DNA of 64,000 bases from an uncultured Spirochaetales bacterium (GCA_964384485.1 CAYLLE010000002.1:5825-69824); one strand, 5' to 3'; positions 54,273-63,523 are shown, numbered from the stretch's first letter. Notes: generated from the letters alone by a model not told the origin. A program made the numbers and translations.

Positions 54273-55895
54273 TTAGAAGGGAAACCCGTCCCTGCCTTCA
54301 TCTGAAGACCCGCCGTTTTCTGAATCCGTCCGGTCTGCCTCCGGTTCTCCGGGGGCGGATTTCTCCTCTTCCGGAACCCGTCGCGTACTGTGTACCGTTT
54401 TCCCGGTAACGTATATCGCTTTTTTCCCCTCCACCGGACACGCGTATTCGCAGTTGCCGCATCCGATACACAGGGTTACGTCGGTTTCGGGCCGGGTCAG
54501 CAGTCCTTTGTGCGGTACCATATGCACCGCGTGGGTGGGACACATTTCCGCGCAGGCCCCGCACGCAGTACCTTCGGAGAAGACAATACAACGGTCCTGG
54601 ATAAACCTTACTTCCCCGATCTGAATCCGCCGCTTCTGTTCCAGGGTAACCGGCTTGATGGCACCGGTGGGGCAGACCTGGGAACATACATTGCATTGAT
54701 AATCACAGAAACCGGTCCGGTAATCCATCACCGGCTGAAAAATTCCCCGGAGACCGTATTCGGAAAGGGATGGCTGCAGAACATGGGTTGGGCAGCGGCT
54801 GACACAGAGATGACACGCAGTGCACCTTCCGGTGAACCGGTTGATTCCCCCTGAACCGGGAGGCGAGGCCGGCTCGAGAGAAGTTCCGTCAGCGGCGGTA
54901 TTCCGCCGTTTTACCAGGAAGGAGACCGGAAAAGCCGAGAGAAAGGCCCCCGCCGCGGAGCTGCTTCCCATTCGTTTCAGGAAATCCCGGCGGGTTACGC
55001 CGTCGGAATTTTTATACTGTTTCCTGCGGGGAGCTCTCCGAGCCCGGGTGTATTCAAGAGCGTCTGCCGGACAGATGGAAAGACAATCGAAACAGGCCAC
55101 ACAGTTTCCCTGATCGACCTTTTTCTCCTGACTGTCGATACATCCGGCTCTGCAGACGCCCTCACACTTTCCGCACTGTATGCAGGCATCCTGATTAAGA
55201 CTGATCCGGAAGCGGGAATATTTTCCCGGAAGGCTTAGCACCGTTCCGGCAGGACAAAGTGTACTGCAGAACCACCGTCCGTGTCTCACCGATATCACCG
55301 CCAAAAAAATAAGGATACCCGCCGAAATCAGCACAAGGGGAATGTTTAACGGATGGGTCCACGGCGCGGTATATACGCCGAAGTTTTCGAGGACCCGGCT
55401 TATGCCGTGACTTCCCAACGCCGTAAGGGGCCGGCCCAGGTCGTGAATAATCCTTCCGAATAAACTGTACGGTTCCAGAAGATCGATCATAATAAAAGAT
55501 CCTGCCAGGGCGGCGGTAATCAGTGCCGCCAGAATAGGAAGACGGATCCAAAGGGGGTTTTTCCGGTACCGGAAGCCTTTCCGCCCGGGTTTCCCGGCGA
55601 TAAAAATAAACAGGTCCTGAAGTATTCCCAGGGGGCAGAGAACCGAACAGTACACTCTGCCGAACAGAAAAGTAAGAAGGAGGATGCCTCCCCAGGAGAT
55701 GAGGAGAACTGTTCCCCCGGCCAATACTGAATTTATAAAGGCCGGAAAAAGCTGCAGGGAAAGAAGTAATTTTCTTAAAGGCGCGAATATCATTGTGCTG
55801 GCGGTAAGAACAGCCAGGAACAGTATAAAAACAACAGATCCGGTAACAATCCTGAAAATCCGGAGGGGATGGCGTCCTGGCTTAACTCCGGTCAT
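54273..55895 (-). CDS. membrane polyferredoxin: NapH/MauN-like TM domain plus 2 clusters, fused to a NapG/MauM-like 4-cluster ferredoxin preceded by an internal Tat-like motif
   Basis: 540 aa. The N-terminal TMs carry two CxxxCP motifs (YCSVLCPLG, FCSTLCPAG), followed by CIQCGKCEGVC and CVACFDCLSICP. An internal TRRDFLKRMGSSSAAGAFLSAF segment comes next. It is followed by SPPGS..F.GRCTACHLCVSRCP, CDYQCNVCSQVCP, CGACAEMCP and CIGCGNCEYACP. Confidence 0.75.
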   Translation of the reverse strand: MTGVKPGRHPLRIFRIVTGSVVFILFLAVLTASTMIFAPLRKLLLSLQLFPAFINSVLAGGTVLLISWGGILLLTFLFGRVYCSVLCPLGILQDLFIFIAGKPGRKGFRYRKNPLWIRLPILAALITAALAGSFIMIDLLEPYSLFGRIIHDLGRPLTALGSHGISRVLENFGVYTAPWTHPLNIPLVLISAGILIFLAVISVRHGRWFCSTLCPAGTVLSLPGKYSRFRISLNQDACIQCGKCEGVCRAGCIDSQEKKVDQGNCVACFDCLSICPADALEYTRARRAPRRKQYKNSDGVTRRDFLKRMGSSSAAGAFLSAFPVSFLVKRRNTAADGTSLEPASPPGSGGINRFTGRCTACHLCVSRCPTHVLQPSLSEYGLRGIFQPVMDYRTGFCDYQCNVCSQVCPTGAIKPVTLEQKRRIQIGEVRFIQDRCIVFSEGTACGACAEMCPTHAVHMVPHKGLLTRPETDVTLCIGCGNCEYACPVEGKKAIYVTGKTVHSTRRVPEEEKSAPGEPEADRTDSENGGSSDEGRDGFPF

Positions 55896-56812
55896 ATGAC
55901 GATCCTTTCTATCCGGAGAGATTCAAGATCCGTAGTTCCCAGCCCCAGTTCTTCGGCGTAGGTGATGTAGGGAACTTTCTCCGGTTCCGTACCCCAAATT
56001 TTTACCGCAGCTGTGTCGGCGGCCACAATATCGGGAGAGGCTACCAGCATCTTCCGCAGTTCCACCTCAGCCCGGTAAGACGAACCCCGGGGACCGCCGC
56101 TCATCAAAACCCGGTAGGCATCGACAATATTCAGATCGGGTTTGCGGTATAAAGGGAAATCGGCGATACATTGATTCAGCCCGCGGGAATGGTAGAAGCC
56201 CCGGTTATAGACAACTCCCATCAGATTCTTAAGGGCGCAGGTTATCCTGGTGCTTCCATGATGCTTCAGGATGGGAACATTGATAAAGACATCGGATTCA
56301 AGGAGGATCTCGTGTACCGCGGTCTCTTTTAAAACCCGCCCGCCCGGGACACTTACGGTGTGATAATACCCGGAGGTGTGACCCGGAACTATGGTCCCGC
56401 CCCCGTCTTTTACGGCCCGGGTCATTCCGTTTGCCTCATATGCCCGCTGCCAGGAGTCTAAAGGATGATCGAACACATAAACCCTGGACGCTCCGGCATC
56501 CAGACAGTGTTCGATGAGCCGTTTTATCAGTGCCGGATTGGTACTTGCTCCCCGCTCCGGTTCGACACCGAAGGACATATTGGGCTTGACGGCTACTTTC
56601 TGTCCCGGCTTCACGAACCGTCTCATTCCCCCCAGCGCGTCCAGCGCCCGGTCCAGCATTGCTCCGGGTTCGCCGTTCCGGACCGCTGCGAGGTCGGGAT
56701 AATTTCCGCCGCCCCCGGGCTGTCCGAAAACTCTGCCCGGTCCGGTGAGGAGAAGGGCTCCGCCCGCCGCTCCGTACCGTATCATTCGCTTTATAAACTC
56801 ACGCCGGTCCAT
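55892..56812 (-). CDS. DUF362 domain protein with a twin-arginine (Tat) signal peptide
   Basis: 306 aa. MDRREFIKRMIRYGAAGGALLLTGPGRVFGQ matches the Tat consensus (RRxFxK plus h-region). The remainder is DUF362-like (VAVKPNM..., ILKHHGSTRITCALKNLMG). The stop overlaps the downstream start (ATGA). Confidence 0.75.
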   Translation of the reverse strand: MDRREFIKRMIRYGAAGGALLLTGPGRVFGQPGGGGNYPDLAAVRNGEPGAMLDRALDALGGMRRFVKPGQKVAVKPNMSFGVEPERGASTNPALIKRLIEHCLDAGASRVYVFDHPLDSWQRAYEANGMTRAVKDGGGTIVPGHTSGYYHTVSVPGGRVLKETAVHEILLESDVFINVPILKHHGSTRITCALKNLMGVVYNRGFYHSRGLNQCIADFPLYRKPDLNIVDAYRVLMSGGPRGSSYRAEVELRKMLVASPDIVAADTAAVKIWGTEPEKVPYITYAEELGLGTTDLESLRIERIVI

Positions 56813-57527
56813 TGTTCTTTTTCTCCTTTCTCCGGATTATTATTTTTCCCGCGGCCAATGTCCCTTCGAAGAGGAGGTACAGAATGGCTCCGACCAGTAT
56901 CTGGGTAAATATGTCAGGGGGAGTTAAAAACGCCGCGGTTAGAAGAATAACAATAACTGCATGCTTCCGGTACTTGGCCAAACCTTCGGGGGAGACGAGC
57001 CCGGCGCGGATTAAAAACAGAAGCACACAGGGAAGCTGAAAGACCAACGCCATAGCCAGAATGATGGAGGAGGAAATTCTGAAATAGGCCCCCATACTCC
57101 AGAACGGTTCAATTCCGTCTCCGGATGTGAATGTACCGAAAAAGGTGACGGCGAAAGGCAGGATGATCACATAGGCGAATACAATTCCCGCGATATAGAA
57201 AAAAAGGGCCAGGAACAGCGAGACAAAATATACAGAACGCTCGTTCCGTTTGAGTCCGGGATAAACAAATCCTCCTAAAATCACCGTTCCGAACGGCAGA
57301 GCCCCTGCCGCGCCGTAGAAAAGACCGGTCCTCAGATAGGTAAGCACCTTTTCCTGAGGTTTGATGTAGATGAGGGGTATATCTATTCCTTTTATGGGAA
57401 CGAGCAGAAATTCAAACAGATCCTGTACAAAGACCAGCGCTGCGGCTGAGAAAGCAAAAAAAACACCAAGCACTATGAGCAGCCGGATCCTCAGGGCTTC
57501 AAGATGGCCGATGAAACTTGAATCCAT
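56799..57527 (-). CDS. tatC: twin-arginine translocase subunit TatC
   Basis: I prefer ATG 57527 (MDSSFIGHLEALRIRL, a canonical TatC N-terminus) because the track start 57569 overlaps tatA. Six TMs. The 3' end overlaps the DUF362 start by 14 nt. Confidence 0.88.
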   Translation of the reverse strand: MDSSFIGHLEALRIRLLIVLGVFFAFSAAALVFVQDLFEFLLVPIKGIDIPLIYIKPQEKVLTYLRTGLFYGAAGALPFGTVILGGFVYPGLKRNERSVYFVSLFLALFFYIAGIVFAYVIILPFAVTFFGTFTSGDGIEPFWSMGAYFRISSSIILAMALVFQLPCVLLFLIRAGLVSPEGLAKYRKHAVIVILLTAAFLTPPDIFTQILVGAILYLLFEGTLAAGKIIIRRKEKKNNGPA

Positions 57528-57534
57528 AAAAGAT

Positions 57535-57729
57535 TCAGCTTTTCTGTTCACCTGAAGGCTTGGAATCATCTTCGGATACGTTTAAGTCGTTCCGCATGTC
57601 TCGCATTTCACCCTTAAATGCTTTAAACGCCTTCCCGATTGAACGGGCCGCGTCAGGCAGCTTTTTCGCGCCGAAAAGAAGAAGAAAAATCACCAGAATG
57701 AGGATAATTTCCTGCGGGCTGATTCTCAT
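57535..57729 (-). CDS. tatA: twin-arginine translocase subunit TatA/E
   Basis: 64 aa. QEIILILVIFLLLFGAKKLPDAARSIGKAFKAFK (TM, FG hinge, amphipathic helix). Confidence 0.9.
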   Translation of the reverse strand: MRISPQEIILILVIFLLLFGAKKLPDAARSIGKAFKAFKGEMRDMRNDLNVSEDDSKPSGEQKS

Positions 57730-57857
57730 AGAATCCTCCTTGGTAAAGCTGTCGCGCAGTAATTTCTACAGGCAGAACCGCTTTTAAAAAAAATGCTCCT
57801 TCATTATACTCTCGGAATAACCGTTATGCAATCAGTATTTTGGTGAGGAGAAACAGG

Positions 57858-59219
57858 ATGGCCAAATTATGGCAAAAACAGTACGACATTGATTCCCGGA
57901 TCGACGCGTTTACAACCGGGAATGATTATGAGCTCGATATGCACCTGCTGCCCTGGGATTGTCTGGCAAGTGCCGCCCACGCGGAAATGCTCGCTAAGGC
58001 GGGGATAATCCCTGAACAGGAGGCGGACGCCTTAAAAAAAGGTCTTTCCTCGATTGCCGGCCGGTTCTACAGCGGCAGCTTCAGGATTGAACCGGAACAG
58101 GAAGACTGCCATACCGCCATCGAAAACGACCTGATGGAACAGCTTGGTGATACGGGGAAAAGAATTCACACGGGCCGGTCCAGGAATGACCAGGTACTGG
58201 CGGCTCTCCGGCTGTTCGGGAAGGCCTCGCTCATCAGGTGTTTCGAGGAAGGAATCCTTTTAGGCGGCGAACTCCTGGACTTTGCCCGGGATCATGCGGA
58301 TGTTCCCATGCCGGGTTATACCCACACCCGTTCCGCTATGCCGTCGTCCGTCGGCCTCTGGGCCGGCGCGTTTTTGGAGAATCTTTTGGATGATCTCGAA
58401 CTTACCGAAGCGGCCTACCGGCTCAACGACCGGAGCCCGTTAGGATCGGCCGCTTCCTACGGGGTCCCTCTTCCCCTGGACCGGGAAATGGTCTCCCGCA
58501 GACTCGGATTCCGGGAGGTACAGAACAATGTGCTGGGGGTGCAGAACTCCCGCGGCAAAGTGGAAGGAATGATTTTGGGCGCCCTGGATTTTATCGGCAT
58601 TACCCTGGCCAGGTTATCCGAAGATTTAATCATGTTTTCCATGCCGGAGTTCGGATATTTCCATCTCCCGCCGGAGCTCTGCAGCGGATCGAGTATCATG
58701 CCGCAGAAGATGAATCCGGATGTGCTCGAATTGGTCCGCGGAAAATCCCATACGATTTCGGCTTGGGCGGTTCAGGTGAAATCGGTCATCCGCAATCTGC
58801 CTTCGGGATACAACAGGGACTTTCAGGAAACAAAAGAACCCTTTATCCGGGGTCTGTCTCTAATACAGGACTGTCTCCTGGCGGTCAGACTCACGGTTGA
58901 GAAGCTCCAGGTCAACCGGGAGACCCTGAAATCTTCTTTTACCTCAGATGTCTTTGCCGCGGACGAGGCATTTAAGCTCGTGGCGAAAGGAATTCCTTTC
59001 CGGGACGCCTACCTTCAGGTGGCGGGTAAACTGGACAAGCTCCAGGGATTTACCCCGGAGGAGACGATTTCAAACCGGACCGCTTCGGGAACCGCCGGAA
59101 ATCTCCGGCTGGAGCATGCGGAAACACTGCTTGAATCGGAAAAGAAAAAATGGGCGGGTCACCGTTCAACCCTGGAACAGATATCCCGGGACCTTCTGGG
59201 GTTATCCATCCGGTTCTAG
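57858..59219 (+). CDS. argH: argininosuccinate lyase
   Basis: I prefer ATG 57858 (MAKLWQKQ; GAGGAG upstream). Signature GSSIMPQKMNPD, plus TGRSRNDQV and PGYTHTRSAMP. Confidence 0.93.
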   Translation: MAKLWQKQYDIDSRIDAFTTGNDYELDMHLLPWDCLASAAHAEMLAKAGIIPEQEADALKKGLSSIAGRFYSGSFRIEPEQEDCHTAIENDLMEQLGDTGKRIHTGRSRNDQVLAALRLFGKASLIRCFEEGILLGGELLDFARDHADVPMPGYTHTRSAMPSSVGLWAGAFLENLLDDLELTEAAYRLNDRSPLGSAASYGVPLPLDREMVSRRLGFREVQNNVLGVQNSRGKVEGMILGALDFIGITLARLSEDLIMFSMPEFGYFHLPPELCSGSSIMPQKMNPDVLELVRGKSHTISAWAVQVKSVIRNLPSGYNRDFQETKEPFIRGLSLIQDCLLAVRLTVEKLQVNRETLKSSFTSDVFAADEAFKLVAKGIPFRDAYLQVAGKLDKLQGFTPEETISNRTASGTAGNLRLEHAETLLESEKKKWAGHRSTLEQISRDLLGLSIRF

Positions 59220-59981
59220 TTTCCTGATTCTGGAAAAATAGATCGGTCCTCTCCCCCCGGAACGGTCCGGCCATATCCGCCATCCGTATCCGGTTTTTTC
59301 TCCCCATGGAGCCGACACGTCGTCCACCTTAATCTTTTTGCCCCACCGCTTTACCGCCTTTTCTATTACCCGGTCGTTTTCCAGGGGAGAAAGGGCGCAG
59401 GTGCTGTAGAGAACGATCCCTCCTGGCTTCACCGCGGTAATCCCCGATGCCAAGATGGCGTACTGTTCCACCGAAAGCCGTTTGGAACGGCGGGGACTCC
59501 ACCGCTTAAGATGTTCCGGCGATGAAAGAATGTGACTTTCCGAAGAACAGGGGACATCACAGAGCACCCGGTCATAAGCATTCTGTTCGTAAAGCCCCCA
59601 TCGGGAAGCATCCCGGCAGGTAATCCGTATGTTCGAAAGCATTTCCGATTCCAGATGTTCCGTCAGCACCCGCTTTAACCGGGCCGTCCTTGCCGCTGAA
59701 CGGTCGTTCACGGTAAGCTCCCCTTCTTCGGTAAGCATTCCCGCGATCACCAGGGTTTTTCCTCCCGGGGCCGCGCAAAGGTCCAGGACCCGGCTCCCCG
59801 GAGCTGCCAGCAGTGCCCGGGCCGCTGTATGGGATGCTTCGTCTAAATAATAGGTTTTCTTGAGCCGCTCTTTCAGCTGATAGTGGGGCCGGTTTAAAAA
59901 CATGGCTTCCCGGAGATTCTCCCATCTGGAGCCGAAGAGACCGCGGTAGTATTCATCAAAATCGATCCGGTTTTTGCTCAT
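59202..59981 (-). CDS. RsmB/NOP2/NSUN-family SAM-dependent RNA (cytosine-C5) methyltransferase, catalytic domain only
   Basis: 259 aa. SAM motif VLDLCAAPGGKT, motif IV RVLCDVPCSSE (Pro-Cys), motif VI GGIVLYSTCALSPLEND (Thr-Cys). Confidence 0.85.
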   Translation of the reverse strand: MSKNRIDFDEYYRGLFGSRWENLREAMFLNRPHYQLKERLKKTYYLDEASHTAARALLAAPGSRVLDLCAAPGGKTLVIAGMLTEEGELTVNDRSAARTARLKRVLTEHLESEMLSNIRITCRDASRWGLYEQNAYDRVLCDVPCSSESHILSSPEHLKRWSPRRSKRLSVEQYAILASGITAVKPGGIVLYSTCALSPLENDRVIEKAVKRWGKKIKVDDVSAPWGEKTGYGWRIWPDRSGGRGPIYFSRIRKLEPDG

Positions 59982-61075
59982 AGTCCTGCCGCTCCGGTGA
60001 AGAACTTATCAAATTCGCGGATCCGGAGTGACCATGAATGAAGCCTCATCCGCGCGGGAAGTCCTTCCGGCGGATCCAGGGTTTCGGCTAAGCACAATGC
60101 CCGGAGCCGTCTGTACAGATCATCCTCATTCCGGTAGAGACAGTCCCGATGATATTCCTCCGGAATCAGTTCAGGGTAGGATAGCCGGAAAGGAACCAGG
60201 GGACGGCAGCCGAACGCGGCGGCTTCGGCAACCGAGATCCCGAAGTTTTCCTGGACCGCCGTGCTGATCACAATGTTTCCCCGGAGGAGCCACTTTTCGT
60301 ATTCATCTCTGTCCTCCACATACCCGTAATGGACGATCCGTCCGGCAAGCCGCTCCTTTGCCTTCAGGAAGGGTTTCGGCACTTTCTGAAAATTTTCGCC
60401 CAGCACTGCCACCCTGAAAGGTATCCCTTCTCCGGCTAACCGGAAAAGAACACGGAAGAATACTTCCGGTTTTTTATCGAATTCCCATCGGTGGTTCCAA
60501 ACGATGAAGGGTTCCGGTTCATTTTGATCAGGGAGTTCATATTCCGGCGGAGGTACATGGATTCCGGGATGTATGACCGTAGATTTTCTTTCAATAATTT
60601 CCTGTATCCAGACCGGCCGGAATTCCGGCATTTTCCGGATAAATCCGGGGAGATGGTCCAGAAAGGCATTCCGGTGAAACCGGGAGTTGAAAATGATCCT
60701 GTCCGCGGTAAGGCAGGTGGTAATATCGGTAAAACCGAATTGGTAATCCATTTTTTCCCCGGCCGGAAGGGGGTAGGAAAGCTGATTTTCGTGAAAATAC
60801 ACAACCCCCTTTGGACACCGGGAACCCCAAAGGGCCTTGAGGTCCGAAAAGGACATCATGTCGGAGGTAAAGATTAGATCGTAGTCTTCGGGGTTTTTTA
60901 CGGTTCTGTAGAAATGAAGTGCCGCCCCCCGCATGCGCCACTTCCAGAACCGGGCGGGCATGGTGACTAGGGTGATTTCGTGCCGGGTGAATCCTGTTAT
61001 TCCCCGGGCAAAATCTTTATGGGACCCTCCCGCAAAGGGTTCGAGGTAGAGTATTTTGCGTCTGTTTTTTTCCAC
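59978..61075 (-). CDS. DUF3524 + GT4 glycosyltransferase, homologous to vertebrate GTDC1 (tRNA-queuosine mannosyltransferase type)
   Basis: 365 aa (GTG start). KILYLEPFAGGSHKDF, YFHENQLSYP, DYQFGF, IIFNSRFH, WNHRWEFDKKPEVFF, VLGENFQKVP and VISTAVQENFGISVAEA are colinear with my recollection of the human GTDC1 sequence. The stop overlaps the ATG of the m5C methyltransferase gene (ATGA at 59978-59981). Confidence 0.85.
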   Translation of the reverse strand: MEKNRRKILYLEPFAGGSHKDFARGITGFTRHEITLVTMPARFWKWRMRGAALHFYRTVKNPEDYDLIFTSDMMSFSDLKALWGSRCPKGVVYFHENQLSYPLPAGEKMDYQFGFTDITTCLTADRIIFNSRFHRNAFLDHLPGFIRKMPEFRPVWIQEIIERKSTVIHPGIHVPPPEYELPDQNEPEPFIVWNHRWEFDKKPEVFFRVLFRLAGEGIPFRVAVLGENFQKVPKPFLKAKERLAGRIVHYGYVEDRDEYEKWLLRGNIVISTAVQENFGISVAEAAAFGCRPLVPFRLSYPELIPEEYHRDCLYRNEDDLYRRLRALCLAETLDPPEGLPARMRLHSWSLRIREFDKFFTGAAGL

Positions 61076-61097
61076 GTCATCTTATTATACTATCAAC

Positions 61098-61769
61098 ATG
61101 AAATATCTGGGAGTACTTTTCGACCTTGACGGAACTCTGCTTGATACTATTGACGATATAGAAACGGCAATGAACCGGGTTCTATCCGACCACGGATTTC
61201 CTCTGCATTCCGCCGGAGAATACCGGGAGATGGTAGGCTGGGGTTTAACTGAACTGGTCCGACGCGCCCTTCCTAAGGAGTACGCTGTCGGCAAGAAGAT
61301 CAGGCAGTGCAGTGAAGATATGAAGCGGTATTACGCCGAAAAACCGGTAGAAAGGACAAAACCTTTTCCGGGAATTGTGCCGATGCTCGACGCGCTGTCG
61401 GAAATGGACGTTAAAATAGGCATCTTGTCTAATAAGGCGGACAGTATTGTGGAACAAGTTGTTGAAAAGGTTTTTGCGGACCGTCGGTTTCACTCGGTAA
61501 GGGGACTCCGGGATGATGTACCGCGGAAACCCGATCCTGCTGGGGCTTTTCACGGCGCCCGGGAAATGGAAGCTGATCCCCGGCATATCCTTTACATTGG
61601 TGATTCCGATGTGGATATGGAGACCGCAATTAACGCGGGAATGTTTCCGGCCGGGGTGAGTTGGGGATACCGGAGTCCGGAAATGCTCCGGCGGCACGGG
61701 GCGGAAATTATTTTTGATACGCCGGAAGAGATTACTAAATTTATAAAAGGAGCGAATAATAATGGATAA
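61098..61769 (+). CDS. HAD-superfamily hydrolase (phosphoglycolate/sugar phosphatase-like)
   Basis: I prefer ATG 61098 (MKYLGVLFDLDGTLLDT = HAD motif I). ILSNK (motif II) and YIGDSDVDMETA (motif IV). Confidence 0.85.
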   Translation: MKYLGVLFDLDGTLLDTIDDIETAMNRVLSDHGFPLHSAGEYREMVGWGLTELVRRALPKEYAVGKKIRQCSEDMKRYYAEKPVERTKPFPGIVPMLDALSEMDVKIGILSNKADSIVEQVVEKVFADRRFHSVRGLRDDVPRKPDPAGAFHGAREMEADPRHILYIGDSDVDMETAINAGMFPAGVSWGYRSPEMLRRHGAEIIFDTPEEITKFIKGANNNG

Positions 61770-63522
61770 AGAAGAACTAAAGAAGAAAGCGGAACAATAT
61801 ATTTCGAACGAACAGAATGATGATTTCCGGGGAGAAGTGGAGTCTCTCCTGGATAATGAAAAATATGATGAGCTTGAAGAGCGGTTCTATACTGAACTGG
61901 AGTTTGGTACCGGGGGAATCCGGGGGGTTATCGGCGGCGGGTTAAACCGGATGAATACATTCATCATCCGAAGGACCACCCAGGGTCTCGCGAATTATGC
62001 GCGGAAGCAGTCCGAGCGTCCTTCGGTGGTGATTGCATACGATTCCCGCCGGTATTCTAAAGTCTTTGCTCTTGAGGCAGCTTTGGTGATGTGCGCAAAC
62101 GGAATAAAGGCCTATCTCTTTACCTCCCTCAGGCCGACCCCGGAGCTGTCCTACGCGGTACGGAAACTGAAGACCACCACCGGGATCGTTGTTACGGCAA
62201 GCCATAATCCTCCGGAATACAACGGCTACAAAGTATACTGGTCCGACGGCGCCCAGATTGTACACCCTCATGATCAGGGCATAATTGATGAGGTGAAAAA
62301 CGTAAAAACTCCCATCCCCCGGATGGAAGAAAATGAAGCGGTAGAGAAGGGGCTTTTAACCTACATAGACCGGGAAATAGATGACGCCTTTGTGGCGATG
62401 GCCAAAAATGTCTCCCTTCGGCCGGAATTGTTCCGGGAGAAAGAGGCCGCTTCTTTTGACCTGGTGTACACACCCCTCCACGGAACCGGAGCCATGCTTG
62501 TGGAACGGGTGCTTGGGGAACTCGGTCTGGGAGTGACCACGGTTCCTGAACAGCGGGAACCTGACGGGGAGTTTCCGACGGTTAAATTCCCGAACCCGGA
62601 AGAGGCCTCCGCCCTAAAATTGGCCCTGGAACTCGGGAAAAAGGAGAATGCCAATCTGGTGGTGGGGACTGATCCCGATGCCGACCGGATCGGAATAGCG
62701 GTACCCCGGGGCAACGGAGAGTATGCCCTCATTACCGGGAATCAGCTGGGTGCCCTTCTGGCCGACTACGCCTTCTCCACCTTGACGGAGCAGGATGCGA
62801 TGCCTGAGAAACCGTATTTCATTAAGACAGTTGTAACTACCGAACTCCAGGATCTGATCGCCCAAAAATACGGGGTGGAAGTTTACGATACCCTCACCGG
62901 ATTCAAGCACATTGCCTCAAAGATAAGAGAATTTGAAGATTCCGGCAGCGGCAAGACCTTTATCTTGGGGGGAGAAGAGAGCTACGGCTACATGATCGGA
63001 TCGGAGGTTCGGGACAAGGACTCCATTTCTTCCACTGTATTGACAGTAGAGATGGCTCTGTACAATCACCTGAAGGGAATGTCTCTTTTAGATCGTCTCG
63101 AAGCCATCTACCGGGAACACGGCTTTTTTGAAGAAATTATGATCAGCAAGTATTTCCGGGGTATGGAAGGACTGCCCAAAATGAAGAAGCTCATGGAATC
63201 ATTCCGGAACAATCCGCCCGCATCTCTGGGCGGACAAAAGGTTACCGAAATAAAGGACTACCTAACCCGTGAAACCATTCGTGTCGCCGAAAACCGCCGT
63301 GTCAAAGACATCGAGCTTCCGGCTTCCAACGTGCTGAAATTCCGGCTTGAAGATCAAAGTACGGTCAGTGTCCGTCCCTCCGGAACTGAGCCGAAGATCA
63401 AATTCTATGCCTCCTGCCGGAGCAGGAATGACGACCTGGATACCGCCCGGAAGAAGGTGCGGGAAAAACTTGACAAAATAGAACAGGAAATAAACAGCGT
63501 ACTCGAGAAGGCGGAAGCTTAA
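61762..63522 (+). CDS. phosphoglucomutase/phosphomannomutase-family phospho-sugar mutase (PgcA-like, about 580 aa)
   Basis: 586 aa. Active-site loop VVTASHNPPEYNGYKVY, metal loop GTDPDADRIG, sugar loop GGEESYGY. The start overlaps the HAD gene by 8 nt. Confidence 0.9.
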   Translation: MDKEELKKKAEQYISNEQNDDFRGEVESLLDNEKYDELEERFYTELEFGTGGIRGVIGGGLNRMNTFIIRRTTQGLANYARKQSERPSVVIAYDSRRYSKVFALEAALVMCANGIKAYLFTSLRPTPELSYAVRKLKTTTGIVVTASHNPPEYNGYKVYWSDGAQIVHPHDQGIIDEVKNVKTPIPRMEENEAVEKGLLTYIDREIDDAFVAMAKNVSLRPELFREKEAASFDLVYTPLHGTGAMLVERVLGELGLGVTTVPEQREPDGEFPTVKFPNPEEASALKLALELGKKENANLVVGTDPDADRIGIAVPRGNGEYALITGNQLGALLADYAFSTLTEQDAMPEKPYFIKTVVTTELQDLIAQKYGVEVYDTLTGFKHIASKIREFEDSGSGKTFILGGEESYGYMIGSEVRDKDSISSTVLTVEMALYNHLKGMSLLDRLEAIYREHGFFEEIMISKYFRGMEGLPKMKKLMESFRNNPPASLGGQKVTEIKDYLTRETIRVAENRRVKDIELPASNVLKFRLEDQSTVSVRPSGTEPKIKFYASCRSRNDDLDTARKKVREKLDKIEQEINSVLEKAEA

Positions 63523-63523
63523 T

